From contig CABZYC010000003.1 of assembly GCA_902529885.1 (NCBI GenBank), positions 1-50,083 of the forward strand: a DNA stretch of 50,083 nt, given 5' to 3'. Below the pieces are notes generated by a model, which saw nothing but the letters and a program-made list of their open reading frames with translations, had not been told where the DNA came from and made no database searches. The stretch comes from an uncultured Candidatus Woesearchaeota archaeon. GTDB lineage: Archaea > Nanobdellota > Nanobdellia > Woesearchaeales > GW2011-AR9. The stretch's first letter is position 1, and each line of letters starts with the position of its first letter. A program made the translations under genes and the position numbers. Shown here piece after piece: positions 1 to 10,057 of the stretch.

Positions 1-1
1 A

Positions 2-2215
2 GGCGACATTGGTTCTGGTAAAACAAGTATTTTGATGGCTATTGAATTCGCTTTATTTGGTGCGTCAAGAACAGACCTCCCTGCAGACTCATTGCTACAT
101 TCAAAAAGTAATAATGGGTCAGTGACATTAGATTTTGATTGTGACAAGAATTATATTATTAATAGACCATTACAACGTGTAAAAAATACAGTTAAACAAA
201 TGCCTGGGACCATACAATTCGATGGTACTGAACATAAACTTACTGCTACAGAAATGCGTAGCAAGATGTTAGAAGTATTAGGGTACCCTGAATCCCTATT
301 AACTAAAACTAAAAATGATCTGTTCCGCTACACAGTTTATTGTCCACAAGACCATATGCGAACAATATTAGAATCGCCAACAGAACAACGCCTAGAAATA
401 CTTAGAAAATTGTTTCACTTAGATAAGTATAAAAAAATAGTTGATAACACTGACATTTATTGTAAAGACGTACGGCCACAACTCAAAGTTTTATCAAGTA
501 CATTCCAAGATTTAAAAGAAAAAAGGCAAAGTGTAGAAAATATGCTTACAACCATTAATTCCGAACAAAAAAATCTTGACATAATCAAAAAAGAATATTC
601 GTTAATAGAATCAAAATGTGAAAAAAATCGTCAAGAACGAGAACTTATCAAAAAGATAGAACATCTTACCTTAGAATTTAATACCACACTCAAAATTAAC
701 AAACATAAAATTGAAGAATTACAAAAACTTTTCAAAAAAAATGAAATTTTAGCTAATAAGGTTGTACCAAATGTAATAAGCCTTCAGAATGAACTTTTAA
801 TACTTGACAAAAAAATTAAACAAGCATCATCATTTGATACAATGTTTGCTCACAAATATCAAGAATGGAAAATTAAACGAGATAATTCAAAAAAAATGTT
901 AGCGCAACCATTTAACGATATTACTGTACAATTAAAAAATAGGTTAGATGAACTTAACAAATATTCTATTGAAGAGGTTACCACAAACATAACAAGTATT
1001 ACTCAAAAAATAATGGTTGTTAAAGAAAAAATTGCAAGCAGTACAGCCTTAATTTGTGAACTTAATAATATGGTCGATAACTTGCAACATAATAATTGTA
1101 CATTTTGTGGCCAAGATATTACTAAAGATTACGCAGTGAAAAATGTTGAACAGAATAAACGAAAAATTAATGTTCAAAAATCAACAGTGGAAGTTCTGCA
1201 AAAATCGCTTGAACAACTTGAGAAAGATCGTACCATTAAATTGAAAGAGCAAGTGTTAGCAAAACAAGCAATAAAAGATGTCCCAACTATCAATAATCAA
1301 ATTGAACAAATTCTAAAACAAAAAATAGATAGAGATAATGCAAAAAAAATGTTACTTGAACCAGAACCTGCGTACATAAGTAAAACCAAAGAGTTAACCA
1401 CTCGTTACATTGAAATTCAAAAAAAATATCTTGAAGCTAAAGAAATGAGTGCTAAAATTGAAAGTGCTAAAAATGAACAAGAAACTATTTTACAACAAGA
1501 AAAAAAGTTAATAAAAGAAAATCAAGATATTCTCTCGAAAATTCAATCTTATAAAAAACCGGTTATTAACGAAGTTGAATTTGAAGAAGATGAAAATGAA
1601 TTAAAAAAGTTAGAAAAACAAAAGATAGAGTTTACAAGTTCTATTAAACATAAAAATGTGCAGTTTAAACTCCTTAATAATGATTTAAATAAAATGCTTG
1701 AACAAAAAAAGTCTTATGATACCCTCAAAGAACGACACGATTGGTTAACAGATACATTTACACCGCTCCTTAATCTTATTGAACGAGAACAGTTTGCTAA
1801 AATATACAGTGTGTGTAATGAATCATTCCAATACTGGTTCCAATACTTATTACGTAATAAAAATATGTATGCATGCCTTGACAATAGTTTTACACCATAC
1901 ATAGAGCAAGATACAGTCGTACCATTCAATTATCTTAGCGGAGGTGAACGGACTGCTACATCGCTTGCATACAGATTAGCATTATCAACAGTAATAAACC
2001 AACTACTTGATACAATCAAAACTAAAGGTTTGCTTATACTTGATGAGCCTACCGATGGTTTTAGTAATGAACAGATACAATCTTTAAACGAGTTATTAAA
2101 AGAGTTACCAGTAACCCAAATACTTTTAGTAAGCCACGATTTAGCCTTAGAATCAATGGTTAACAGAGTGTACCATATTAAAAAGCAAAATGGGTGCTCA
2201 CGAATAATCGAATAA
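2..2215 (+). CDS. rad50: Rad50/SMC-family DNA double-strand break repair ATPase (5'-truncated at window edge)
   Basis: Reading frame is open from nt 2 and gives Walker A GDIGSGKTS before the listed Met. Long coiled coil with central CTFC zinc hook, signature LSGGE, Walker B/D-loop LILDEPT, H-loop VSHD. Confidence 0.9.
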   Translation, partial: GDIGSGKTSILMAIEFALFGASRTDLPADSLLHSKSNNGSVTLDFDCDKNYIINRPLQRVKNTVKQMPGTIQFDGTEHKLTATEMRSKMLEVLGYPESLLTKTKNDLFRYTVYCPQDHMRTILESPTEQRLEILRKLFHLDKYKKIVDNTDIYCKDVRPQLKVLSSTFQDLKEKRQSVENMLTTINSEQKNLDIIKKEYSLIESKCEKNRQERELIKKIEHLTLEFNTTLKINKHKIEELQKLFKKNEILANKVVPNVISLQNELLILDKKIKQASSFDTMFAHKYQEWKIKRDNSKKMLAQPFNDITVQLKNRLDELNKYSIEEVTTNITSITQKIMVVKEKIASSTALICELNNMVDNLQHNNCTFCGQDITKDYAVKNVEQNKRKINVQKSTVEVLQKSLEQLEKDRTIKLKEQVLAKQAIKDVPTINNQIEQILKQKIDRDNAKKMLLEPEPAYISKTKELTTRYIEIQKKYLEAKEMSAKIESAKNEQETILQQEKKLIKENQDILSKIQSYKKPVINEVEFEEDENELKKLEKQKIEFTSSIKHKNVQFKLLNNDLNKMLEQKKSYDTLKERHDWLTDTFTPLLNLIEREQFAKIYSVCNESFQYWFQYLLRNKNMYACLDNSFTPYIEQDTVVPFNYLSGGERTATSLAYRLALSTVINQLLDTIKTKGLLILDEPTDGFSNEQIQSLNELLKELPVTQILLVSHDLALESMVNRVYHIKKQNGCSRIIE

Positions 2216-4297
2216 ACCTTGTTGCTTACTTTTTACTAACTTGATTAAAGGAGAGACTATTTTTAATAACTGTTTTTCAACATAGTAAGTTTTATCATAA
2301 TCTGTAGCAAAACGAAGGTCTTCTGCCCGATCACCAATCCTTCCTTTACCTGGACAAACAATGTACTCAATATTGTCGCCAACCCTTGTTTTAATTCCAC
2401 GTTCTTTATTTTTTGAATATACAGCAATATGAGGGGGCCGGACCTTATAATCCTGTGGCCTTTTTTTGAGCCTAGCACGTATGACCAAATCTTTTAATTC
2501 AACTTTTCCAGACTGTAACTTCTCAACTGCAGATTGCACAATATTTTCTGCATTTTTGTTGCCTTCAAGAATAGACGTTATTACATTATACTGTACTTCT
2601 CGAACAAAAGGACAATAGTTACGTCGAACATATTCAAACCCTACAATCTTTGGAGTGTCTGAGAGTAAAGCATACTTCTTTTTCGCGCCGCCACCCTGTC
2701 GACTTTCAACAAAAAGGCCTTTCTGAAAATAACCTTCACACTCAATCTCCATGATACCAGGTAAACTTTTATTAACGTTATCAACAAAATGTCCTGCTTG
2801 TTTTCTAGTATGTTTGTTTAGTGCAATCATGATACTGTCTGTATCACTATAAACAACTTTGAACCCTTCTTTTTCAGCAGCTTTTATCACCTTAGTAATA
2901 TAATATCGTGCATACGCAGTTATTGCACGAGCACACTCTCGGCTGTGCCACCGACTACGTAAAAAACCCATATACCCATAAAAACTGTTTGCTAACAATT
3001 TAAGTGCATAAATAAGTGAAGCACGAGCTTTATTTGGTGCAGTTTTCTGCTCTTTTTTTAGTTCTATCCGACGAAGTATTATACTCTCTAAAACAGTGGG
3101 GATAAACGTGAACGTATCATCAAAACATAAATTCTCGCCAGGTACACTCGCGCCTTTACCTAAACTTTCAAAACCAATATTATGACTAATAATAATAGTG
3201 GGATACAAACTTAAAAAATCGAATACAGCAATGTTGTCATACACACCAGGTACTGGTTCACGCACAAGTGCCCCAGGGACAGGTCCACGACTTTCAGTTT
3301 GAGGGATTAACGGAAATAATTGATCATACTCCTGAGCTTTGATATACAAATAAGCTTCAACAAGTTTACTAAAACTGCCGCGTACAAGAGTATCAAGATT
3401 GTATTGTAAAATATCACAAAAGGTAAACAAATTATCTTCAAAATGTTTATACAGGTCAAAAGTAATTTTGGCATCTTGTAAATTATATTTGATATACTCA
3501 TCAAATTTACCTTTCTCAAAAGCGGGTGCTAGCCCAGAAATATCAATATCATGCTTACCTGTATTAAGTATATATTTTGCTACATTATCTAAGCTATACT
3601 TGTCAAGCTTCCAACTGTTACCCAATAAATGTTTTACTGCTTTATACAAATCAACATGGATAGTATCACCAAAATCGATCTTATCCCTAAAACAATGATC
3701 AACATTATTCACAATACAACGGTCAACCAAATAAGGAAAATCAAAACGGTCACTGTTATACCCAATTATTATGTCATAATTACCCATTATTTTTTGGCAT
3801 ATAGCCAACATCGTTTTTTCGTCATTGTGCACAATAGCAGACTTAGCTTTTTTCCAGGTGTGAACCTCTGAAATATCATCACCATAATATCCAATACTTA
3901 TACAAGGATGACGCCTACTATTAAGCTCAAAATGTGGGGCATACACTTCAATGTCTATTGCTAGGACTCGAGGAGCAATATAAGGTTCACATAATTCCAA
4001 ATTTTCATCATAAGATTTGAAAGGCTGTATGTTATACTCACGCATAAACTTTTGTACTACAGGAACATCAGCTTCATAAGCATCAACCTCTGTGTTGGTT
4101 GTACGATGTTTGTAAACAGTGACTTTCTTACCTTTAAGCAACAAGGATTCTTTTCCATCAAAAGGTAAGTCATCTTGTTTTTCTTTAAAATAAACATATG
4201 GCACATAAGATTTTTTAATAGTCTTTGGCCCATTCTCATCACGGCCAGATAACAAGATATGACCTTCATTATACCGTATACTATAAACACTGATCAC
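2198..4297 (-). CDS. polB: Family B DNA polymerase (compact, 699 aa)
   Basis: Exo motifs DIE, YNSDRFD, YNLQD; polymerase motifs DFLSLYP, KLLANSFYGY, YSDTDS; C-terminal PIP-box-like QQGLFDY. Confidence 0.95.
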   Translation of the reverse strand: MISVYSIRYNEGHILLSGRDENGPKTIKKSYVPYVYFKEKQDDLPFDGKESLLLKGKKVTVYKHRTTNTEVDAYEADVPVVQKFMREYNIQPFKSYDENLELCEPYIAPRVLAIDIEVYAPHFELNSRRHPCISIGYYGDDISEVHTWKKAKSAIVHNDEKTMLAICQKIMGNYDIIIGYNSDRFDFPYLVDRCIVNNVDHCFRDKIDFGDTIHVDLYKAVKHLLGNSWKLDKYSLDNVAKYILNTGKHDIDISGLAPAFEKGKFDEYIKYNLQDAKITFDLYKHFEDNLFTFCDILQYNLDTLVRGSFSKLVEAYLYIKAQEYDQLFPLIPQTESRGPVPGALVREPVPGVYDNIAVFDFLSLYPTIIISHNIGFESLGKGASVPGENLCFDDTFTFIPTVLESIILRRIELKKEQKTAPNKARASLIYALKLLANSFYGYMGFLRSRWHSRECARAITAYARYYITKVIKAAEKEGFKVVYSDTDSIMIALNKHTRKQAGHFVDNVNKSLPGIMEIECEGYFQKGLFVESRQGGGAKKKYALLSDTPKIVGFEYVRRNYCPFVREVQYNVITSILEGNKNAENIVQSAVEKLQSGKVELKDLVIRARLKKRPQDYKVRPPHIAVYSKNKERGIKTRVGDNIEYIVCPGKGRIGDRAEDLRFATDYDKTYYVEKQLLKIVSPLIKLVKSKQQGLFDYS

Positions 4298-4782
4298 GGT
4301 CTTCTCCGAAGACTTTTTACTAAATAGTTGTCACCTTGTTTCTCTAACACAACTTCTGTATCACCTTGTTTCTTAATCTCTGGTTTTGGACCCGAACGTT
4401 CCATGTACCCTTTCAACGTTATCATTAAATCGTCTAATTGTTCGCTGCTTACTGCTAAAGGTTCCCAACTCAAAATGTCCTTGTGCACTGGTACAACCTC
4501 AATGTGGCCGTGTGCAACTGTTTGACCAGCTCCTAACCCTGAATTCACAAGTAGGTATGTTCCTTGCACAGGATACTTGTCAAACATTTTTCCAGCAGTG
4601 TCTAATGCTAAAGAAATAGTGTCAGCAATTATCTTATCATCAGAAAGTTCCATGATTGCAACATGTTTTTTAGGTGCGACGACAACGCTACCTTCAACCA
4701 CAGCAGAAGAAGCAATAATGGCATTAGCATGATCTGATTCCATGATGAACTCTTTTTTAGAATCACAGATCTCACAAGTCAT
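4294..4782 (-). CDS. HIT-family protein, degenerate triad (HGHIE)
   Basis: CEIC, VVAPKKH, GAGQTVAHGHIEVVP; 4-nt overlaps with both neighbours. Confidence 0.8.
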   Translation of the reverse strand: MTCEICDSKKEFIMESDHANAIIASSAVVEGSVVVAPKKHVAIMELSDDKIIADTISLALDTAGKMFDKYPVQGTYLLVNSGLGAGQTVAHGHIEVVPVHKDILSWEPLAVSSEQLDDLMITLKGYMERSGPKPEIKKQGDTEVVLEKQGDNYLVKSLRRRP

Positions 4783-5390
4783 TTGAATAACCCCGCTATT
4801 TCGTCAAGGTCAACTTCACCAGTATCACCACTCTTCTCCACTGAAGAATCATCTTTAACACTACTTTCTCCAGCTTCAGCCTTAGTTTCTTTTTCGTCTA
4901 TTTCTGTAGAGTTGGAGTTAGAATTAGTCTTTTCTTCAACAATTGATTCTAATTCTTTTTCATCATTCTCAACATCTTGCTCAGTAGTGTTAAGATTATC
5001 AGCTATTAGAGAAGCATACTTCTGACGCGTGTCTGTGTCTACATGAACCGGTTCATGCTGTAACAAACCGTCACCTGTCTTTCGAGGAATTATGTGCACG
5101 GAAACGTGGGGTATACGCTGACCCGCAACAGCACCAGAACGTAATAGTGTAGTGGTACCATCACTCCTGAACACTTTTAATAAAATCTTACTTACTTTGG
5201 ATGCAACCTGGAAAAGGTGTGCAGCCAATTCTTTATCATTGTTTAAAATGTGAACATGTTTTTTAGGTATAACTAATGAATGTCCAACGGTCCCAGGTTG
5301 AATATCTAATGTTACAAGACATAAATCGTCTTCATAATACGTCTTACTTGGAATTTCCCCCTTCACTATTTTACAAAAAATGCAATCCAT
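4779..5390 (-). CDS. HIT-family protein, degenerate triad (HVSVH), with acidic C-terminal tail
   Basis: MDCIFCKIVKGEIP, GHSLVIPKKH, AGQRIPHVSVHIIPR. Confidence 0.9.
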   Translation of the reverse strand: MDCIFCKIVKGEIPSKTYYEDDLCLVTLDIQPGTVGHSLVIPKKHVHILNNDKELAAHLFQVASKVSKILLKVFRSDGTTTLLRSGAVAGQRIPHVSVHIIPRKTGDGLLQHEPVHVDTDTRQKYASLIADNLNTTEQDVENDEKELESIVEEKTNSNSNSTEIDEKETKAEAGESSVKDDSSVEKSGDTGEVDLDEIAGLFK

Positions 5391-5414
5391 GATTTTTGTA
5401 TACCACTCACACTT

Positions 5415-6233
5415 TTAATGATTACGCAGGAAGCCTTGTACATTCTTAAAATGAAGTTTTACAAACAGTTTTGGATCATGACCACGCTCTAACAATTCCT
5501 GTAATGCCCATTGTACATGCGTGCTTCCTTTAGGAATCCTAAACCCTGCTTGACGACTCAGATTGTTTATTTGTTCTAAAGCAGCAGCACGAGCTAAAAC
5601 ACTTGCAGCTGCAACCTCTACATACTTTAATTCAGCTTTAGTTTCACGAATGTCACCAACTAAACAACCAGGATACTTGTCAACCACGTGTGTTCCTCCA
5701 CCTAAAGCCTTAGCAGTTTTTTCATGCAAAGTGTTCAGTACTTTGGTTACACCATTAAATTGGTTATATTCAGAAGGTGTTAAAGTAATAATGCTACATT
5801 CCACTTCTTGTTTAATACGTTGTGCAAGACCGATTATGTGTGAATCTTTTAGAAGTTTACTATCGGACACACCCAACTCCAATAACGTTCGCCTGGAAAC
5901 ATCGTTACCTTTGACAGCAGCAACAACTATGCCACCGAACGTGTCACCTTTCAAACTTTCATCAGTACCTATCACGTTCCCTAACTCTTTACGAAAATGA
6001 ATTTTTTCTTTAGCTTTAGCAATACCCGAACTTTCCATCTTGTGAACAGTACGTTCTGTGTCTTCACCCACTAATTGTATTGTACCAGTGTTATAAAAAG
6101 TTAAATGCTGTTTTGGTTTAGACCGTTTGAATCGTGCTTTTTCATACACAGTTTTAGTGTCTAAAGCAGTAAAATTTTCTTTTTCAACAAACCGATATAA
6201 CAATTCTGGGTCAGAACAGTGTAGTACAACCAT
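5415..6233 (-). CDS. rnhC: Ribonuclease HIII-like (N-terminal TBP-like domain plus RNase H type 2 core)
   Basis: LTFYNTGTIQLVG in N-domain; GTDESLKGDTFG, DSK, VAAASVLAR, PKG, VKLHFKN. Confidence 0.8.
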   Translation of the reverse strand: MVVLHCSDPELLYRFVEKENFTALDTKTVYEKARFKRSKPKQHLTFYNTGTIQLVGEDTERTVHKMESSGIAKAKEKIHFRKELGNVIGTDESLKGDTFGGIVVAAVKGNDVSRRTLLELGVSDSKLLKDSHIIGLAQRIKQEVECSIITLTPSEYNQFNGVTKVLNTLHEKTAKALGGGTHVVDKYPGCLVGDIRETKAELKYVEVAAASVLARAAALEQINNLSRQAGFRIPKGSTHVQWALQELLERGHDPKLFVKLHFKNVQGFLRNH

Positions 6234-6259
6234 GAATGTTAATTAACATGAAATTGTAC

Positions 6260-6841
6260 TTAAACATATTGATTTAATGTAGATTGACACAAATCTTTGT
6301 ACGGTTTCCAATGACGCCGGAAAATTTTTGGGTATTTGGCCCAATTTTTTTTTAAAAAATCCTGGGTTTTACTATCACTCAAATAACCACTACCACAATC
6401 AACACCATATCTCTTTTTCAGGTACGCTAACGTCTGGTCACGGTAAACTTTAGCAATTATGCTCGCGGCCGCCACACAATGATGTTCTTCAGCTTTATGT
6501 TGTACCACTAAATTACCTTCAACCAACTTAGACAATTGTGTTTTATACGCTTTAAGATTTATACTAGGACAGTCCACATAAGCAGTAGTAAACGAAAAAT
6601 GCGATAGCATAATAGAAGTAACCAAACACTCAATATCGTTCATGTTACCTTGTTCTAACACCCATACAGGTATGGACACCGCAACATGGGGTAAACAAAC
6701 TAATTTACTGAAAAGTTCATCACGCTGTTTTTTAGAGTAAAGTTTACTATCCTTCACAAGAAAACCTGGGTCAACACAAGCAGCCATTACAAGTGGCCCA
6801 ATAATACATCCTCGACCTGCTTCGTCAACGCCTACGTTCAT
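6260..6841 (-). CDS. rnhB: Ribonuclease HII
   Basis: GVDEAGRG, DSK, AAASIIAKV, GSGYLSD; C-terminal PIP-like QSTLNQY. Confidence 0.95.
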   Translation of the reverse strand: MNVGVDEAGRGCIIGPLVMAACVDPGFLVKDSKLYSKKQRDELFSKLVCLPHVAVSIPVWVLEQGNMNDIECLVTSIMLSHFSFTTAYVDCPSINLKAYKTQLSKLVEGNLVVQHKAEEHHCVAAASIIAKVYRDQTLAYLKKRYGVDCGSGYLSDSKTQDFLKKNWAKYPKIFRRHWKPYKDLCQSTLNQYV

Positions 6842-7119
6842 AATCCGAAAGCTCGAGTGAAGTCTTGCATACGACGATATTCAGCAATAAATTCGTGACC
6901 TTGCACAGTCAAATGTACTTCCTTAAACGTTGACTTTTTTTTCTGTACGTCAACAACAGAAATCAGTTTTTTCTCAACAAGTTCAGTCATATAATTCTTC
7001 AATAATTTATGGCTTAAATTACTTTTGTACATTAACTGGGTTGGTCGTATTTTACCACCTTTATTTTGTACAGCTAACAAAATGTCGTGGATCAATTCCA
7101 ATCTTGACCTTCGAGTCAT
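6838..7119 (-). CDS. Archaeal winged helix-turn-helix transcriptional regulator
   Basis: RRSRLELIHDIL...PTQLMYKSNLS...LT-x-x-G pattern typical of small archaeal wHTH proteins. Confidence 0.85.
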   Translation of the reverse strand: MTRRSRLELIHDILLAVQNKGGKIRPTQLMYKSNLSHKLLKNYMTELVEKKLISVVDVQKKKSTFKEVHLTVQGHEFIAEYRRMQDFTRAFGL

Positions 7120-7817
7120 TTTACTACCTTCCTAAATATCTTAAATAACGTGTAATAAGCACACAACATTAAACATTCTGCAAACACATACAGGGTGTGG
7201 GTGTAAGGTACAATCGCATAACATGCGTGTGCAAGACAAAGTAAAAAAACGGCTGTCCCTAAAGCAGTGCCTGTACCATGGTTCAAATACTGTTTCCTAT
7301 AATTTATACTTGCACCTGCCAAAATAATTAAAGAAGTTATAGCATAAATTGGATAACTGTAAGTTGCAACCAAGGCTAACATAGCCAAAAATGATGCGAA
7401 TACTGCAAGCTGGATCACTTCATAGGTATTATCAAGACGATTACGGGATGGTTGACTCAAAAAGAATATCATTGACCAAGCACCAAGTAATAAAAGGAAA
7501 TGAGTGAAATAAACCAGTCGGTACAATAAGTTTACAGAGGGGATACTATTTGATATTGGTTCTAATAATACTGCAGTAACATCACGTACACTACTATAAT
7601 ACAAAATGCTGTTCAAAAAGAGTTTTGTCAATAAACTAAATACAACTAAAAGTAATGCCACTAAAAAGTAAAGGTGGCGACGGTCTGAACTAAGCTTGTA
7701 CACTTTACAGGCGTACGCACTCACTAAACAAACCATAAAAACGCTTAATATACTAAAAAGTATGTCTACCTCTTGAAACATAAGTGGAACTTCGAATAAA
7801 CGTAACATACAAAGCAT
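7116..7817 (-). CDS. Approximately 7-TM integral membrane protein, possible sensor
   Basis: About seven hydrophobic segments; ATGA overlap with the wHTH gene. The start may be ATG 7808. Confidence 0.7.
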   Translation of the reverse strand: MLCMLRLFEVPLMFQEVDILFSILSVFMVCLVSAYACKVYKLSSDRRHLYFLVALLLVVFSLLTKLFLNSILYYSSVRDVTAVLLEPISNSIPSVNLLYRLVYFTHFLLLLGAWSMIFFLSQPSRNRLDNTYEVIQLAVFASFLAMLALVATYSYPIYAITSLIILAGASINYRKQYLNHGTGTALGTAVFLLCLAHACYAIVPYTHTLYVFAECLMLCAYYTLFKIFRKVVK

Positions 7818-7848
7818 TTACCTTGTTTATTTTAAAAGATTTATGTAC

Positions 7849-10056
7849 TCAATCTAAAGGAACACCGCTCCATAACTTAAAGTCTTCAGAGGGGCTATAA
7901 GAACCAAACGTGAAATATGCAGGAGAATTTTGACCAAAATGACCGTACTGCATGTTGCTCCAACTTTGAGCCCCACGATTTGCAAAGCTGCCCATAGTAC
8001 CACCAATGGGGCTCCCCAAATATTTCCATGCTTTACTTAAACTACTAAACGCCCCTTTATCTAAATCAAAATCTGCGCCAGGCTCCACAATCAGTTCACC
8101 ATCATATCCATTCTTCTTTAGGACTTCAATCATTTCTTTTATTGGCGCGTTACCTTCCCCTGGCGCCAAATGTTCGTCACCGTAGCCATAATTATCGTCA
8201 ACATGCACATGGCCAATAATATCCTCTTTAGCCATATAATCCACCATCTCTAAAGCCCATTTATCAAAATTTTGATCGTTCTGTTCTACTGATTTGCTTG
8301 GATCACTTTTCCAAAATTTCCTCCATATGTTTAAATGGCCAAGGTCAAGCGTAGCTTTCAAATGGTTCCGTGCAAGCTTATTAGCTTCCTTATCACTTTT
8401 ACCGAACTCATCTTTTAACTTTTGAGCCATTACACTACGTGACTCTTTAACCAATTTCACAAGTTCTACTGGGTGACTCCCGTAAGCTTCAGGGAACAAA
8501 TTTTCTAATGCTACAAAAATATCTTTTTTCAACTTTTTTTTATTACGTAAAATGTCTGATTTACGCATTGCATGAATGCCTGCACGAGCATAACTATCAA
8601 ACGCTTCGTTTAAAGCGTAATCTTCTGAACTTTGAATATATTTTATGGTCTCAAGCGTTTCTGCAACCTGTGCAGATTGTGCAGCGGACCTATTTTGCAT
8701 AAAACGTAATGAACTCTTTTTATTTTCAATCTCCTTCTTAATTAAATCAATCACACTTTCAGATTTTGAAGAGTTTAATTCGGGAAGCATCCTTGAAATA
8801 TTGTCTGAGACTGACCGCATTAATTTATATTTCTCATCTTCTGGTAAAGAATCGTCAAGCTTTTGATAAAATGCCTCTGCCTTCTTAAGCTCCTTCAAAG
8901 ATTTTGCCATCTCATCAAACTGTTGCACTGACTCACCAACAAACCCGCGTGCTTGTGCTGCTTGATTTTCAAGTTGTTGTATTATAAGAACTGAATCAAC
9001 ATCAACCTTTATTGAGCCCAATGATTTTGCATTTTTTATTCCGTCTTGAAACATGTAAGGATCAGCATACTTGTCCCATGCTTGTGGATTATCATTATAA
9101 GAACCATATTTCTTAATAAAATTACGAGCATTCTCTTCCATCTCAAGCGCATCTTTACGAGCTTCATCTTCACCATAATATTCAGTCTTAAAATCTTTTG
9201 TATCTTTATCAAACAATACTACTCGATCAGATCTTCGCGTAACTTTGTTACCGAGATAATCAATATAATCATCTGGTTTGACCCACACTTTGTTTTCTTC
9301 ATCAAAATATTCTTTACCGCCAAACTCTTCCCACTCAGGCGTGCCCGGTTGATATCGTTTAAATTTTGGACGTTGCATACCTTTACCTGGTTGATACCGT
9401 GAAACGTAACTGCCAGTCCGACTATCTACCAGTTCTACAGGCGCAGAACGTGATTCGCCTTCAAAACTTTCAAATTTATTTTTATACTGGTTCATGAATG
9501 ATGGTAACTTCTCATCACCAGTATTCCATTTAGCACGGCTTAAAGGTCGACCTTTCTCGCCTGTATGTACCACTATGGCACCACCATGACTCACATCTTG
9601 TGCAAAGTCTATTGCCCGCTTAATTTCGTCTAAGCTACGCTCTTTTGAATTTTTGTCAAAACCATTCTGTGTCTGACCGGCTAACCCTGAAACACCCACG
9701 TTAGTGTGCAACGTGAAATCTACACGGTTAACAGTAGCAGCTTCACGTAATGCTTGCCGTTGTAGTTTACCAAAATATTCTGGGCTCATATTACCAGCAC
9801 TACTTTTACCGCCAGGTGTCCCACGAAATCCTAATTCAATCGTTTTAGCACCAGCACGAATCTTACTTGCAATACCCGCAACATCCCTTGCACTACCCAT
9901 CCCTACTTGAAAACTCATACCTAAATCACCAGCTTTCACACCAACATCTTGTGTGTGATTGTGGTCACCACAATTATGCCCATGCGATTCTGGTTCTACA
10001 TCGTTCGCAAAATATTCGCGGTCCATAGCATTGAAATATCCTGTCCCAAATTCCAT
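7849..10056 (-). CDS. AP-endonuclease-2/xylose-isomerase-like TIM-barrel protein with large helical insertion
   Basis: TLH, VVHTGE, LENLF, LDLGH, HVHVDDN, DEHLAPGEG, VEPG motifs; roughly 340 aa inserted between VVH and LEN. Confidence 0.8.
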   Translation of the reverse strand: MEFGTGYFNAMDREYFANDVEPESHGHNCGDHNHTQDVGVKAGDLGMSFQVGMGSARDVAGIASKIRAGAKTIELGFRGTPGGKSSAGNMSPEYFGKLQRQALREAATVNRVDFTLHTNVGVSGLAGQTQNGFDKNSKERSLDEIKRAIDFAQDVSHGGAIVVHTGEKGRPLSRAKWNTGDEKLPSFMNQYKNKFESFEGESRSAPVELVDSRTGSYVSRYQPGKGMQRPKFKRYQPGTPEWEEFGGKEYFDEENKVWVKPDDYIDYLGNKVTRRSDRVVLFDKDTKDFKTEYYGEDEARKDALEMEENARNFIKKYGSYNDNPQAWDKYADPYMFQDGIKNAKSLGSIKVDVDSVLIIQQLENQAAQARGFVGESVQQFDEMAKSLKELKKAEAFYQKLDDSLPEDEKYKLMRSVSDNISRMLPELNSSKSESVIDLIKKEIENKKSSLRFMQNRSAAQSAQVAETLETIKYIQSSEDYALNEAFDSYARAGIHAMRKSDILRNKKKLKKDIFVALENLFPEAYGSHPVELVKLVKESRSVMAQKLKDEFGKSDKEANKLARNHLKATLDLGHLNIWRKFWKSDPSKSVEQNDQNFDKWALEMVDYMAKEDIIGHVHVDDNYGYGDEHLAPGEGNAPIKEMIEVLKKNGYDGELIVEPGADFDLDKGAFSSLSKAWKYLGSPIGGTMGSFANRGAQSWSNMQYGHFGQNSPAYFTFGSYSPSEDFKLWSGVPLD

Positions 10057-10057
10057 T

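Noticed and set aside
2198-4297. Intein or inactivated PolB
   Set aside because: Protein is short with contiguous intact catalytic motifs.
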